This document shows positions 1 to 9,867 of a stretch of DNA of 64,000 nt, piece after piece. The DNA is taken from positions 3,213 to 67,212 of IMG/VR virus record IMGVR_UViG_3300008111_001005; one strand, 5' to 3'. The stretch's first letter is position 1; each line of letters starts with the position of its first letter. Below the pieces are notes generated by a model. It was not told the DNA's origin. It saw nothing but the letters and a program-made list of their open reading frames with translations, and did not search any database. The position numbers and the translations under genes were made by a program. The stretch is from a virus.

Positions 1-2
1 TT

Positions 3-1016
3 GATGATGAAGGAAACTCACAAATTGAGAAAGCAATAACATTTGAGGAAGCTCAAAGAGAAAATAAGAGAAAGGGAAGTGATGCAAAATCTTATGATCA
101 ATATATTGCTGAGCATCCATTTACTCCTCAAGAGGCTACACTTCAGACTACAGCAAATCTCTTCGATGTTGCTTCCCTAAAAGAACAATACAATAGAGTT
201 AAGACTAGAGACTTAGATAAATCAGGGATTACAGGGTACTTATATTACAAAGGTTCTGAGCTTTCTTTTCGCCCAAGTCCTGATGTAAGAGCTATAACTA
301 AATTCCCGCATAGAAAGGGAGACGATATAGAAGGTGGAGTAGTTGTATACGAACCCCCATTCAGAACTAAAGACAATACAACACCCGCAAACCTATATAT
401 TATAGGTCATGACCCGTACGCACACGGGACATCATTAAGTGGGGAATCTTTAGGAGCTGCATATGTATTCAAACGCCCAAACAATCTATCTAAACCAGAT
501 GATATTATTGTAGCATCTTATGTTGGACGTCCAAAGACACAGGATGAATACAATCAAAATCTAATGATGCTTGCGGAGTACTACAATGCAAAGATTGGAT
601 TTGAAAATGACCGAGGAGAGCTCATAGCATACGCTAAGCGATTTAGGAAACTTCACAGACTGCAGGAAGAGTTCGAGATGTTAGACAAAAAAGAACTAAG
701 ATCTAGAACTGTAAAGAGACAGTATGGGATGCACATGACGGAACAAAGAAAACGTCAAGGGGAGTTGTATATACGAGACTGGTTGGTGTCTCCACGTTCT
801 ACAAATGAAGATGGGGAAACAATGCTCAATCTTCATACAATCAATGACTTAGCGTTACTTGAAGAGTTAATCAAGTTTAATCATAAGGGAAACTTTGACC
901 GAGTTATGTCTTTTATGGTTGTGATGTACCACACACGAGAGTTATATAATAAAGAAGTTGTAGAAATTGTAAACGATAGAGCGTTGGATGACTGGTTTGA
1001 CAATAATTATAGATAA
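3..1016 (+). CDS. terL: Terminase large subunit, C-terminal nuclease portion (5' truncated by window edge)
   Basis: Frame 3 is open from position 3, not only from 564. It reads ...AEHPFTPQEA...YIIGHDPY...SLGAAYVFKR...IVASYVGRP...FENDRG...GNFDRVMS, an RNase H-like crAss TerL pattern, and lies directly upstream of the portal. Confidence 0.9.
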   Translation, partial: DDEGNSQIEKAITFEEAQRENKRKGSDAKSYDQYIAEHPFTPQEATLQTTANLFDVASLKEQYNRVKTRDLDKSGITGYLYYKGSELSFRPSPDVRAITKFPHRKGDDIEGGVVVYEPPFRTKDNTTPANLYIIGHDPYAHGTSLSGESLGAAYVFKRPNNLSKPDDIIVASYVGRPKTQDEYNQNLMMLAEYYNAKIGFENDRGELIAYAKRFRKLHRLQEEFEMLDKKELRSRTVKRQYGMHMTEQRKRQGELYIRDWLVSPRSTNEDGETMLNLHTINDLALLEELIKFNHKGNFDRVMSFMVVMYHTRELYNKEVVEIVNDRALDDWFDNNYR

Positions 1017-1021
1017 TTTAT

Positions 1022-1029
1022 TAACTTTG
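1022..1029 (+). promoter_or_regulatory. Bacteroidota-type -7 promoter element TAACTTTG upstream of portal
   Basis: Matches the TAnnTTTG consensus of Bacteroidota primary sigma promoters and sits in the 18-bp TerL-portal gap. Confidence 0.55.
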
Positions 1030-1034
1030 CAAGG

Positions 1035-3269
1035 ATGTACGGATACGCTAAAATACCTAAACAAAGAGTCCCACTAAGCCAGAAGTCTGAGCAGTGGAGA
1101 AAAGATTGTGTTAATGCATTCATTAACATATCTAAATTTGGGCTGTCTGAACGCAGAAATACGCTTAAGACGCTGTATGATTACTACAATGGGGAGATTG
1201 ATGAGCAGGATTATAAGTACGTATTGAAGCCTTATGGGAAAACAAGAGAGAACTTCCCATCTAAATTACGTAACTATCCAATCATCAAACCAATTATAGA
1301 CTTATTACTTGGGGAGAAGTCAAAGCGTCCTATGAACTACACAGTTGTTGTAGAGAATGCGGATGCTATTACGATGAAAGAGGAGGCTAAAAAGCAATCA
1401 CTCTTAACCAACATACAAGCTACGTTTATTGCCAAGCTTCAGCAGCAGATGGATCCAAACAATCCTCAGCAGCAACAGCAACAGCCTGAGCTTCCTAAGC
1501 AGATTGTTGAGCAATTCGAAAGAACGTATGTAGATGATAGAGCCATCAAAGGACAGGCTGCTATCAATTACATTATGCAGAAAGAAGAGATCTACGATAA
1601 GTTTCAAAAGCAATTCTTTCACTTCTTAGTTTCTGGGGAATGCTATTCTCATAAAGGTGTCCGCAGGAAAGAACCTTTCTACGAGGTACTCAACCCATTA
1701 GATATTGACTTTGATAAAGACCCTGATATTGATTTCGTAGAAGATGGGGATTGGGCAATTATTAGAAAATTCGCACATGCATCTACGCTTGTTGATCACT
1801 TTGGGGATTATTTGAGTGAAGAACAAGTATTAGAACTTGAGAACCCAACCCATCAATCTGTAGATACTTACTTATTGTACAGATCTGAAGCTGCAGGGAA
1901 TAATGACAATATCTACAGAAATAGACTCATTGAGTGTATCACTGTTTACTGGAAGAGCAGAAAGAGAATTGGATTTGTAGAGTACATGGATCAGACTACA
2001 GGAACCATTGAGGAGATGGAGGTAGATGAATCATACAAGTTAACTCCAGAGCTTAAAGCTCAAGGAGCTAAGCTGAAGTTTGAATGGGTTAACGAAGTAT
2101 GGGAAGGTACAAGGATAGATGGGAGATTTTATATTAAGATGTCCCCAATTCCTAATCAGAGAACATCAATGGATAACCCATCATTGTGTAAACTCCCAAT
2201 CAATGGGCGGAGATACTCTGATGTCAACTCTAATAACATCTCTTTAGTTAGTTTAGGGATTCCCTATCAGCTTAACTATAACATCTTTAAGTATAGAATG
2301 GAACTATCCATTGCTAGATCTAAAGATATTATTGCTCAGTTTGATATCAATCTTATCCCTAAGAAGTGGGATATGGATAAGTTCATGTACTACTTAGAAG
2401 GAACAGGTATTGCATGGGTGGACTACAATCAAGAAGGTATTCAGCTGTCCCCAACACACCAGTCGGTACTTGATATGTCTGTAAAGACAATAGCTCAGTA
2501 TATTCAGTTACTTGACTCTATTATGTTAGAGTGGGAAAAGATATCTGGGGTTAATAGACAAAGACAAGGGAGTATTGGAACGTATGAAGGAAAGGGTGCT
2601 TCACAGCAGGCTATTGTACAATCCTCACATATCACTGAAGATATCTTTAGGAAGTTTGCTCAATTCGAACAGAGAGAACTTCAAGGATTGTTGGATTATT
2701 CGAAAGAAGCTTGGGTAAGTGGGAAGAAGGGAACATACATACTCCCAGATACCTCTATTCAATACTTAGATCTTGATTCTCTTGGGCATATGGAAACTGA
2801 GTACGGGATATTTATGTCTGACTCAGGAAAGGATCAAGAGAACTTACAGCAGGCACGTTCTATTGCACAGGCTATGATGCAGAACGGAGTTCCAGCATCT
2901 GCAGTTCTAGAGTTATTAGATACTGAGAGCTTTGCAACTATTAAGGATAAGATTGCAAGAGCAGAACGTGCTCAGCAAGAATTGCAGCAAGCACAACAGC
3001 AAGCTGAGATGGAGATGAAGCAGAAAGAACTTGCATCTAAGCAGCAAGAGTCTCAGATGAAGTATCAGGACAGCGAGAGAAATAGACAGAAAGATATTGA
3101 GATTGCATTGATCAATGCAGAAGCATCTGATCAAACAAACAGACTTGATATTGATCTGCAGAAGATGGTATCTGACTTTGAGATTCGTCAGAAAGAGTTA
3201 GACCTCAAGCAACAAGAACTTGGGTTAAAAGAACAAGCTCAATCAGCCCCACAAGCTAAGCAGAAATGA
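1035..3269 (+). CDS. Portal protein
   Basis: 744 aa, follows TerL. It has YPIIKPIIDLLLGE, WVNEVWEG and GVNRQRQG motifs and a long Q/E-rich C-terminal coiled coil, typical of crAss-like portals. Confidence 0.9.
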   Translation: MYGYAKIPKQRVPLSQKSEQWRKDCVNAFINISKFGLSERRNTLKTLYDYYNGEIDEQDYKYVLKPYGKTRENFPSKLRNYPIIKPIIDLLLGEKSKRPMNYTVVVENADAITMKEEAKKQSLLTNIQATFIAKLQQQMDPNNPQQQQQQPELPKQIVEQFERTYVDDRAIKGQAAINYIMQKEEIYDKFQKQFFHFLVSGECYSHKGVRRKEPFYEVLNPLDIDFDKDPDIDFVEDGDWAIIRKFAHASTLVDHFGDYLSEEQVLELENPTHQSVDTYLLYRSEAAGNNDNIYRNRLIECITVYWKSRKRIGFVEYMDQTTGTIEEMEVDESYKLTPELKAQGAKLKFEWVNEVWEGTRIDGRFYIKMSPIPNQRTSMDNPSLCKLPINGRRYSDVNSNNISLVSLGIPYQLNYNIFKYRMELSIARSKDIIAQFDINLIPKKWDMDKFMYYLEGTGIAWVDYNQEGIQLSPTHQSVLDMSVKTIAQYIQLLDSIMLEWEKISGVNRQRQGSIGTYEGKGASQQAIVQSSHITEDIFRKFAQFEQRELQGLLDYSKEAWVSGKKGTYILPDTSIQYLDLDSLGHMETEYGIFMSDSGKDQENLQQARSIAQAMMQNGVPASAVLELLDTESFATIKDKIARAERAQQELQQAQQQAEMEMKQKELASKQQESQMKYQDSERNRQKDIEIALINAEASDQTNRLDIDLQKMVSDFEIRQKELDLKQQELGLKEQAQSAPQAKQK

Positions 3270-3688
3270 AGTATATAGAGAAGCTTAATAAAGTTAAAGA
3301 GGAGAAAGAGAAATATCCTACACTCCCAGAGTTAATCGTGGAGTTATTGGATGCTTCTAATAAATTTCATATCTTGCACTTAATTGTAACAGGAACTTCA
3401 GCATATGCTCAACACAAAGCGCTGAATGAACTTTATGATAAACTCAGAGAGTTAACTGATCAAGTTGCAGAATCATTTCAAGGGGCTACAGGAGAAATTC
3501 CTAAATATAAATTTGTATATGCTCCTGAATTAAACTCAATTGATCAAGCTCTTACGTACATAAAAAAGCTTAGAGATAAGATCCACGAAGTACAAGAGAC
3601 TATAGAGCAATCTGAGATTGTAAATGATTTAGATACTATTAAAACTGCTCTTAACTCCGCATATTATAAACTTAAGTTTCTTGGTTAA
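3266..3688 (+). CDS. Ferritin/Dps-like four-helix protein
   Basis: HILH...YAQHKALNELYD...DQVAESFQG is a Dps-like metal-ligand pattern. ATGA overlap with the portal stop. Confidence 0.7.
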   Translation: MKYIEKLNKVKEEKEKYPTLPELIVELLDASNKFHILHLIVTGTSAYAQHKALNELYDKLRELTDQVAESFQGATGEIPKYKFVYAPELNSIDQALTYIKKLRDKIHEVQETIEQSEIVNDLDTIKTALNSAYYKLKFLG

Positions 3689-6132
3689 TGAATAATCAAA
3701 CTCGAAGAGAACTATTAAACAGACATAGACAATCTGGATTCCCAGGTTCGATTATGGATGTATTCTCTGCATATGATGCAGGGAGAGATATTATCTCGGA
3801 GTTTGTTCAAGAACAACAAGGACAGCAACAGTTGCAGCAAATGCAACAGATGCAACAACAGCAACCTCAACCAATAGTTGCTAATACTCCTGAAGAACAA
3901 GAGCAAGGTTTACGCCCATTCCATGAAAGAGGGCAGGTTGATCAAAGCATGGTATTCCCTAATATTCCTGCAAATGCCCCATTCAATACTGTTGGGATGA
4001 AAGCCCCAATAAATATTGATAAGTATGATAACAATGGGCATTTGATAGAATCATTCAAGAGTGTACCTCCTGGGATACAGAATCTTCCTACAGGTCCACA
4101 GGAAGGAACAGTTGTAGAAACTCCTGCTAATATGCAGACAGGAGGTGTGAGGAGATATCAAACTGCAGGTCCTAGAAGAAATCCTAATGCGGAAATAACT
4201 ACCCTCCAACCAATGGATGTACGTCCTGATCCGTTGGTAAGAGATAGACCAGCACAGAGAGTTATAGATCCAAGGGCACAAAGGCAGGCCGAAGAGCAGG
4301 CTTTCCAAACATTAATGTTTAACAAAACTAATGAATGGAGAGACCCCAACAAACGTGCAGCTATGACCAGCGGGAGAGCAGAGAGCGTATCCCCAGCTAC
4401 ATACGTAACTCCTGCTGGAGATTTGCAGGGAATTATAGAATCTGGAGCACAAATAGCAAAGGGTAATTATCTTGAGGGAGGATTAGGAGCAGGATTAGCT
4501 GCTGCATCAGTACTATTACCAGGAACAATAAGAGTTCCTAATTCGGCCCAAGATTTGTTTGAAGCTGCAAATACATTTAAAAGACATGATATCACCTCAG
4601 CTGAAGAAGCTGCTAACCTTGTGAGTAGCGCAGCATATAATAATACAGGGGGGATGTCAGAGGAATTAGCTAACGCTGCTGGTACAATTAGTATAGCTGG
4701 CAATAATGCTAGACAGCTTTATAGAGATATTTATCCCGATACTCAAATGAGAGGAAGTGGACAAAATAACACTGGTAGACTTATAAACACTGTTTTAGCA
4801 GATTACCCACAACTTGCAGCTACATATAATACTGGAATGATGAACTCCCCGGAAGTTGCTTCGGCAGTTCAAGATTTTGGGAGACAATATTTAACATCAT
4901 TTAGAGGAGTACGCGCAAACAATCTAGACGAAGCTGCAAAATTTTTAACATCCCCATTTGGATCAGGCGATAGGGCTTATGGACCAGGTATATATAGTAC
5001 TTCAGATCTTGACAGGGCACGGTATTATGGGAATGTTATTGGAGAACTTATGCCTATAGATATAACTCCTAATATGTCTGGTAAATATCTAATGGGACAA
5101 ATTCAGGGGCTTATACAAGAAGGGTCAGGACCTTATGCTCCAGGTATAAATAGTTTGTATTCTCAGGAACAATTCGAAGGAATTGTAAACTCCCTTATTG
5201 GAAATCCACAATTTGGAGATAGCTATGAACGAGTTTATCAAAATTTACTTAGAACATTCAACCAACCAATAGATACTAGAAGAGGCATTAATGACAATAA
5301 TTCAATAAGAGTATTTACGGGAACTGAAGATACATATGAGAGACTTGTTCCTAAAATAACGCAAGTAGCTGATGAAAGAGAATTTTCCCCAACAACAACT
5401 CCTATATGGCAAGCTGACTGGAGCGGTGAGGGTGCTACATCTAAATATTTTTTCCAAAAGCAAGGGTTTAAAAAATATGGAGGATTACTAAGATCTGGGA
5501 GTGTTAGTAAATACCAAGGAGGGGGCAGTAAAAATGTAGATCCATTTAGTGCGTTTGAAGTAGCAAAACATATGGCTAGAATGCATGGAGGAACTCCCCA
5601 ACAGTATTTAGCTCTAAGTGATACATCTGGGTATCATGAAAGTGGGCATACAATGGATCCTAAAATGGTACAAAGAGGAAGTGGAATTGCAAAAGGAGCA
5701 TTTCAAATTGAGGCATCTACTGTTCCAAGATTGCAGCAAAGAGTCAGACAATATGCGGAGCAGACAGGAAATAAAGTCCCAAGTTGGATAAATATTCCAA
5801 ATAATGATGCTAGAAACTTATCTTTAGATAGACAGAGAGCATTATTTTTATTAGACATGAATTACTCTGAAGGAACTAATATGAGAGCGTATGCTCAAGG
5901 AAAAACCACTTCAGCCGAGCAATGGCTTCGAGGGTGGAAAAGAAAAGAAGCTGTAGACGGAAAAGATATTGAAAGATTCGAAACCAGCGCTAATAAAGCA
6001 AGACAGATGGGAATCCCAAATTCAGCTTTAACGGAATTTAATAGAATGGTTCAAGGTAAAAAACCTACTCCTCCATCAGGTTCTTACTATGATTTGATAA
6101 GACAATTAAATCCATTAAATCAATATAAATAA
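3688..6132 (+). CDS. Modular internal virion protein with putative ADP-ribosyltransferase-like and lysozyme-like domains
   Basis: 814 aa, Cys-free. It carries MQTGG/YQTAG and KKYGG/KYQGGG motifs, FRGVR...YGPGIYSTSDLDRARYYG (ART-like) and YHESGHT...Q..SGIAKGAFQIE (lytic-transglycosylase-like). Confidence 0.55.
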   Translation: MNNQTRRELLNRHRQSGFPGSIMDVFSAYDAGRDIISEFVQEQQGQQQLQQMQQMQQQQPQPIVANTPEEQEQGLRPFHERGQVDQSMVFPNIPANAPFNTVGMKAPINIDKYDNNGHLIESFKSVPPGIQNLPTGPQEGTVVETPANMQTGGVRRYQTAGPRRNPNAEITTLQPMDVRPDPLVRDRPAQRVIDPRAQRQAEEQAFQTLMFNKTNEWRDPNKRAAMTSGRAESVSPATYVTPAGDLQGIIESGAQIAKGNYLEGGLGAGLAAASVLLPGTIRVPNSAQDLFEAANTFKRHDITSAEEAANLVSSAAYNNTGGMSEELANAAGTISIAGNNARQLYRDIYPDTQMRGSGQNNTGRLINTVLADYPQLAATYNTGMMNSPEVASAVQDFGRQYLTSFRGVRANNLDEAAKFLTSPFGSGDRAYGPGIYSTSDLDRARYYGNVIGELMPIDITPNMSGKYLMGQIQGLIQEGSGPYAPGINSLYSQEQFEGIVNSLIGNPQFGDSYERVYQNLLRTFNQPIDTRRGINDNNSIRVFTGTEDTYERLVPKITQVADEREFSPTTTPIWQADWSGEGATSKYFFQKQGFKKYGGLLRSGSVSKYQGGGSKNVDPFSAFEVAKHMARMHGGTPQQYLALSDTSGYHESGHTMDPKMVQRGSGIAKGAFQIEASTVPRLQQRVRQYAEQTGNKVPSWINIPNNDARNLSLDRQRALFLLDMNYSEGTNMRAYAQGKTTSAEQWLRGWKRKEAVDGKDIERFETSANKARQMGIPNSALTEFNRMVQGKKPTPPSGSYYDLIRQLNPLNQYK

Positions 6133-6133
6133 T

Positions 6134-6289
6134 ATGGCTAAGAAAGAGATGATTAAGAGAGCTGATGGCTCTTATTCGCAGAGAGGATTATGGGATAATA
6201 TTCGAGCTAATAAAGGTTCTGGAAAGAAACCTACAGCTGCAATGCTAAAACAAGAGAAAAAGATTAAGGCTAAATCCCCAAAGAAATAA
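6134..6289 (+). CDS. Small basic protein (51 aa), not in the ORF track
   Basis: Reads MAKKEMIKRADGSYSQRGLWDNIRANKGSGKKPTAAMLKQEKKIKAKSPKK*. The ATG is 1 nt after the previous stop and the ORF ends in TAA. Confidence 0.75.
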   Translation: MAKKEMIKRADGSYSQRGLWDNIRANKGSGKKPTAAMLKQEKKIKAKSPKK

Positions 6290-6358
6290 GGGAAAGTGGG
6301 ATATTATAAAGGTATTTAGAAAAACTAAATATATGTTGCAAATTAAACCAAATAAAAA

Positions 6359-6366
6359 TATTTTTG
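6359..6366 (+). promoter_or_regulatory. Bacteroidota-type -7 promoter element TATTTTTG upstream of scaffold/MCP operon
   Basis: TAnnTTTG match in an AT-rich intergenic gap, 4 nt before the ATG at 6371. Confidence 0.5.
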
Positions 6367-6370
6367 TATC

Positions 6371-7474
6371 ATGAGCAGAACAACCAAAACCAAATCTCAA
6401 CCTCAAGTCGATTTAGATGCACTGTCTTTAGATGACATGCTTGGAGATGGACTTGAAGCAGTAGAAGAAACTGAAGTTGAAGAAGAAATTGAAGATGACG
6501 TTGAAGAGGAAGAGGAGGGAGAAGAAATAGATACTGAACCTCGTGACTATGACGAGGATGATCCGTTAGCAGACCCTCAAGATGATGAGGAAGTAGAAGA
6601 TGATAATGATAATGAAGATTCTCAAGAATCTATCATCTTTGAAATTGCAAATACCCTTGGGTATGAGTTAGAGAATGAGTATGATGATACTACAGAAGGA
6701 CTAACCAACTTTGTAAAAGATGTTGCACAGAATATAGCAGAAGATCAACTCCAGCAGTTATTCACTCAATTCCCGGAAGTACAGCAACACTTAGACTATG
6801 TGCTTGCGGGTGGTGACCCTAAGAGATTCTTTGAAGCTTTCAATCCTAACAATGACTTGTCAGACTATGAGTTGACAAGAGACGATAATAGAGCTCAGAA
6901 AGCTATCCTGTTTCAATACTTTAAAGCAAAAGGTCATGATGATGATTTTGCAATGGAAAGTATCAATGATTTTGAGGAAACAGGAAAGCTGTATGATAAA
7001 GCAATGAGAGCTCAGAAGTCATTAGCTGAGACTCAGAAAGAATACAGACGTCAACTAGTTGAAGAGCAGAAGAGAGAAAGACAGCAGAGAGAAGAAGAAG
7101 TTCAAGAGTTCTGGAATGAAGTAGCTGGAGTGATTGAGTCTGAGAATGATTTTGCAGGAGTTAGAATCCCTGACCGTAAGAAGTCAGAATTCTTTAATTA
7201 CATCTCTATGCCTGTAGGCCCTAATGGGGAAACTAAGAGAGATATGGATTATCAGAAAGCAGAATTACAAACTAAGATTGCTATCGATTATTTGTTATTT
7301 AATGGCTTTAATCTTAAAGATGTAATTGAGACTAAAGCTAGGACTAAGAGTGTACAGAGCCTTAGAGATCGTATTGTCAGCAACGAACAGAAAGCTAAAA
7401 GCGCAGGGAAATACTCTCGCAAAAACAAAGAGTTCAATTCTGATAATTTAGATCTTGGGGCATTATTTCAATAA
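6371..7474 (+). CDS. Putative capsid scaffolding protein
   Basis: Very acidic N-terminus, helical coiled-coil body, directly upstream of MCP. This is a conserved position in crAss-like phages. Confidence 0.65.
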   Translation: MSRTTKTKSQPQVDLDALSLDDMLGDGLEAVEETEVEEEIEDDVEEEEEGEEIDTEPRDYDEDDPLADPQDDEEVEDDNDNEDSQESIIFEIANTLGYELENEYDDTTEGLTNFVKDVAQNIAEDQLQQLFTQFPEVQQHLDYVLAGGDPKRFFEAFNPNNDLSDYELTRDDNRAQKAILFQYFKAKGHDDDFAMESINDFEETGKLYDKAMRAQKSLAETQKEYRRQLVEEQKRERQQREEEVQEFWNEVAGVIESENDFAGVRIPDRKKSEFFNYISMPVGPNGETKRDMDYQKAELQTKIAIDYLLFNGFNLKDVIETKARTKSVQSLRDRIVSNEQKAKSAGKYSRKNKEFNSDNLDLGALFQ

Positions 7475-7506
7475 ACAAAAAAACTAACCTTTAAAAATTT
7501 ACAATC

Positions 7507-8952
7507 ATGGCTTTAATGCAAGTTCTTAAAACTTACTATAACGATCAGCAGATGACGGACACCAACTCTTTGGTGAACGCATTGATGGAGAAACCCGAAG
7601 AGCTGTCCCCAATTATCACCCACCTTGCAGGTAGAGAGGAGAAGAAATTCCCCTTGTCTTTCTTGACTGAGGGTGTTGGGAACACCAAGTCGATTGATCG
7701 TTTCGAGTATGAGTACCGTGTGAAGACGCACGAAGTTAATGTTCGTCCTGTTGTCGCAGCTACTGGCACAGGTGCAGGTGGATCAATGTTCACCGTCACT
7801 TTCCCGGACAAGTGGTTCATTTTCCCGTACACCTTGGTTTCTCAATCTGGGGTATTAGCTCGTATTATGGAGCAACCTGTTCCTGACGGAGCTGGGTACA
7901 AGTACACTTTGAAGCTTGTCTCTCCCGATGCGGGTGCTCTTTCTGCAAGTGAGGGTAATAAAGATTTAGCGGTAGGTGCATTGTGGGGTATGCTCTACGC
8001 TAACGTAGGTGTTGACTTCTCTCGCGGTAATGCATCTAACTGGACTGCACCGGGCTTGGTCAGAAGCAAAATCGGTACGGTTCGTAAGTCTTACCACTTC
8101 GCTGGTAATGCTAAAGATTATGTTGCACAATTCACCCTCCCGATGAAGGATGGTCAAACGACTAAGTTGTGGATGGATTACGAAGAGTACCGCCACATGC
8201 TTAAGTTTAAGGAAGAGTGTGAAATGTACTACTGGTATGGTGCTAAAACCTATGACGACAACGGAGTTAACCAAATGCTTGACGAAAACGGTCAACCCGT
8301 TATCTCTGGTCCGGGTCTCTTCGAGCAAATCATCAATAAGGACACCTACTCTAGCTTGACTCAATCTAAGATTGAGGATGTTATCGGTGATTTGTTCTAC
8401 GGTATGACAGATGCTACGGATAAGCAAGTTACCTTGTACACTGGTATCGGTGGTGCTCGTGAGTTCGATAAGGCTATGCGTAACTACTATGCTACTGGAG
8501 GTTTAACAGCTTCTAATAGCTACTTACAAACGACTCAACCGACGTTCATCACTGGTAGCGGTCGTAACCTCGGTATCACGGGTTACTTCACCTCGTATGA
8601 CCACATCGACGGTCACCGTGTGAATGTTGTTAAAGTTCCGTTGTTTGACCACGGTCCGGTTGCTCAAGCTTCTAAGAAGCACCCTGAGTCTGGTTTGCCG
8701 TTGGAATCTTACAGAATGGTGTTTGTTGACCAGTCTTCTTACGATGGAGAAAACAACCTCCAGATGATTAACAAGAAGGGTCGTGAAATGCTCCGTTGGG
8801 CAGTTGCTGGTTCGGTTGTTCCGAAAGGCTTTGCTGGTACCGATACGAGAGCATCTGATATAGACGGTGCGTCTGTACACATGTTGAAGACCGCTGGTAT
8901 CCTGCTTCGCAGATTCGATACTAGCCTTGATCTTCAGTGTGTAGCATCGTAA
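7507..8952 (+). CDS. Major capsid protein (HK97 fold, crAss-type)
   Basis: 481 aa with TDTNSL, FPLSFLTEG and SGPGLFEQI motifs, highly expressed codon style (GGT/CGT/TTC), followed by a strong terminator. Confidence 0.9.
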   Translation: MALMQVLKTYYNDQQMTDTNSLVNALMEKPEELSPIITHLAGREEKKFPLSFLTEGVGNTKSIDRFEYEYRVKTHEVNVRPVVAATGTGAGGSMFTVTFPDKWFIFPYTLVSQSGVLARIMEQPVPDGAGYKYTLKLVSPDAGALSASEGNKDLAVGALWGMLYANVGVDFSRGNASNWTAPGLVRSKIGTVRKSYHFAGNAKDYVAQFTLPMKDGQTTKLWMDYEEYRHMLKFKEECEMYYWYGAKTYDDNGVNQMLDENGQPVISGPGLFEQIINKDTYSSLTQSKIEDVIGDLFYGMTDATDKQVTLYTGIGGAREFDKAMRNYYATGGLTASNSYLQTTQPTFITGSGRNLGITGYFTSYDHIDGHRVNVVKVPLFDHGPVAQASKKHPESGLPLESYRMVFVDQSSYDGENNLQMINKKGREMLRWAVAGSVVPKGFAGTDTRASDIDGASVHMLKTAGILLRRFDTSLDLQCVAS

Positions 8953-8971
8953 TTTGTGTTTGGTTTGCAGA

Positions 8972-9006
8972 GGGGAGCCCGCTAACGGGCGGGTTCCCCA
9001 TTTTTT
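8972..9006 (+). terminator. Rho-independent terminator after MCP
   Basis: GGGGAGCCCGC-taacgg-GCGGGTTCCCC stem followed by ATTTTTT. Confidence 0.85.
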
Positions 9007-9057
9007 CCTCATAAAGACTGAAGTTATTCTTAAACCTTAAAAGAACATTTTAAAACC

Positions 9058-9867
9058 ATGCGAAAAGTTATTATCAGACGCAAAGAAGTCCTCAATCATC
9101 TTCCCAAAGAGATTAGAGCTGGGGCAAAAATCAAAATCGGTTCTATTTATATAGGACGACAACCCCTTAAAGGACTCGAAGGAGAAGAAGCTCACAAGCT
9201 TTTATCCAAAGTACTAGACGTACCGCCCGGACACCAAGACTGGCCTAGAAAAGAAAAAGAATTCTGGGCTAGTATGAGTTTAAAAGTTCCATTCGAAGGA
9301 GTGGAATTAGATGTCTCAACAGATGAAGATGGATTCCCAAATAATGTAATGGACTTCATTACATACAAGTGGTGCTTAAAACATCGTCAAGTTGCTGAGA
9401 ATGAAGATAGTATGAACTCTGATGGATCTAAGAGGTTTTATATTTACGATCCAGATATTGATCTGTTGAAGCGTAGTGCTAATATCAAGGTTAGAAAAGA
9501 GGCAGACAAAGAGATGATTAAACTCGAAAAAGATTACGCTAAGATGCGTAGACTTATGAGAGTATTGTCTAAAGACTCTCGCCCAGATTCTCTGACAGAT
9601 ATGGAAGTAGAAAATCAATTGTATGATTTGAAGAATTCTCAACCTGAAAGATTCTTGAAGTTTGCAATTGATAAGGACTTAGATGCAAGAGCTGAAATTG
9701 AAGAAATGATTGAGTATGGGGTGTTCAGAACTATTGGGAACCAAGTCATCTACGGAGACGAGGTTATCGGGGAGAACATCACAGACACAATCATTTACAT
9801 AAATAACAAGAAAAACTCTGGGCAAGTAAATGCAATGCGTGCTCAACTTAAAGAACTCAAAGTCTGA
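9058..9867 (+). CDS. Conserved crAss-like protein downstream of MCP (virion or assembly protein)
   Basis: 269 aa in the conserved position after MCP, with FWASMSLKVP...G..LD and KRFYIYD motifs. Confidence 0.55.
   Translation: MRKVIIRRKEVLNHLPKEIRAGAKIKIGSIYIGRQPLKGLEGEEAHKLLSKVLDVPPGHQDWPRKEKEFWASMSLKVPFEGVELDVSTDEDGFPNNVMDFITYKWCLKHRQVAENEDSMNSDGSKRFYIYDPDIDLLKRSANIKVRKEADKEMIKLEKDYAKMRRLMRVLSKDSRPDSLTDMEVENQLYDLKNSQPERFLKFAIDKDLDARAEIEEMIEYGVFRTIGNQVIYGDEVIGENITDTIIYINNKKNSGQVNAMRAQLKELKV

Noticed and set aside
3808-3875. Poly-Q tracts (also in the portal near 1440-1490) as contingency repeats
   Set aside because: Mixed CAA/CAG codons in frame. They look like ordinary low-complexity linkers.
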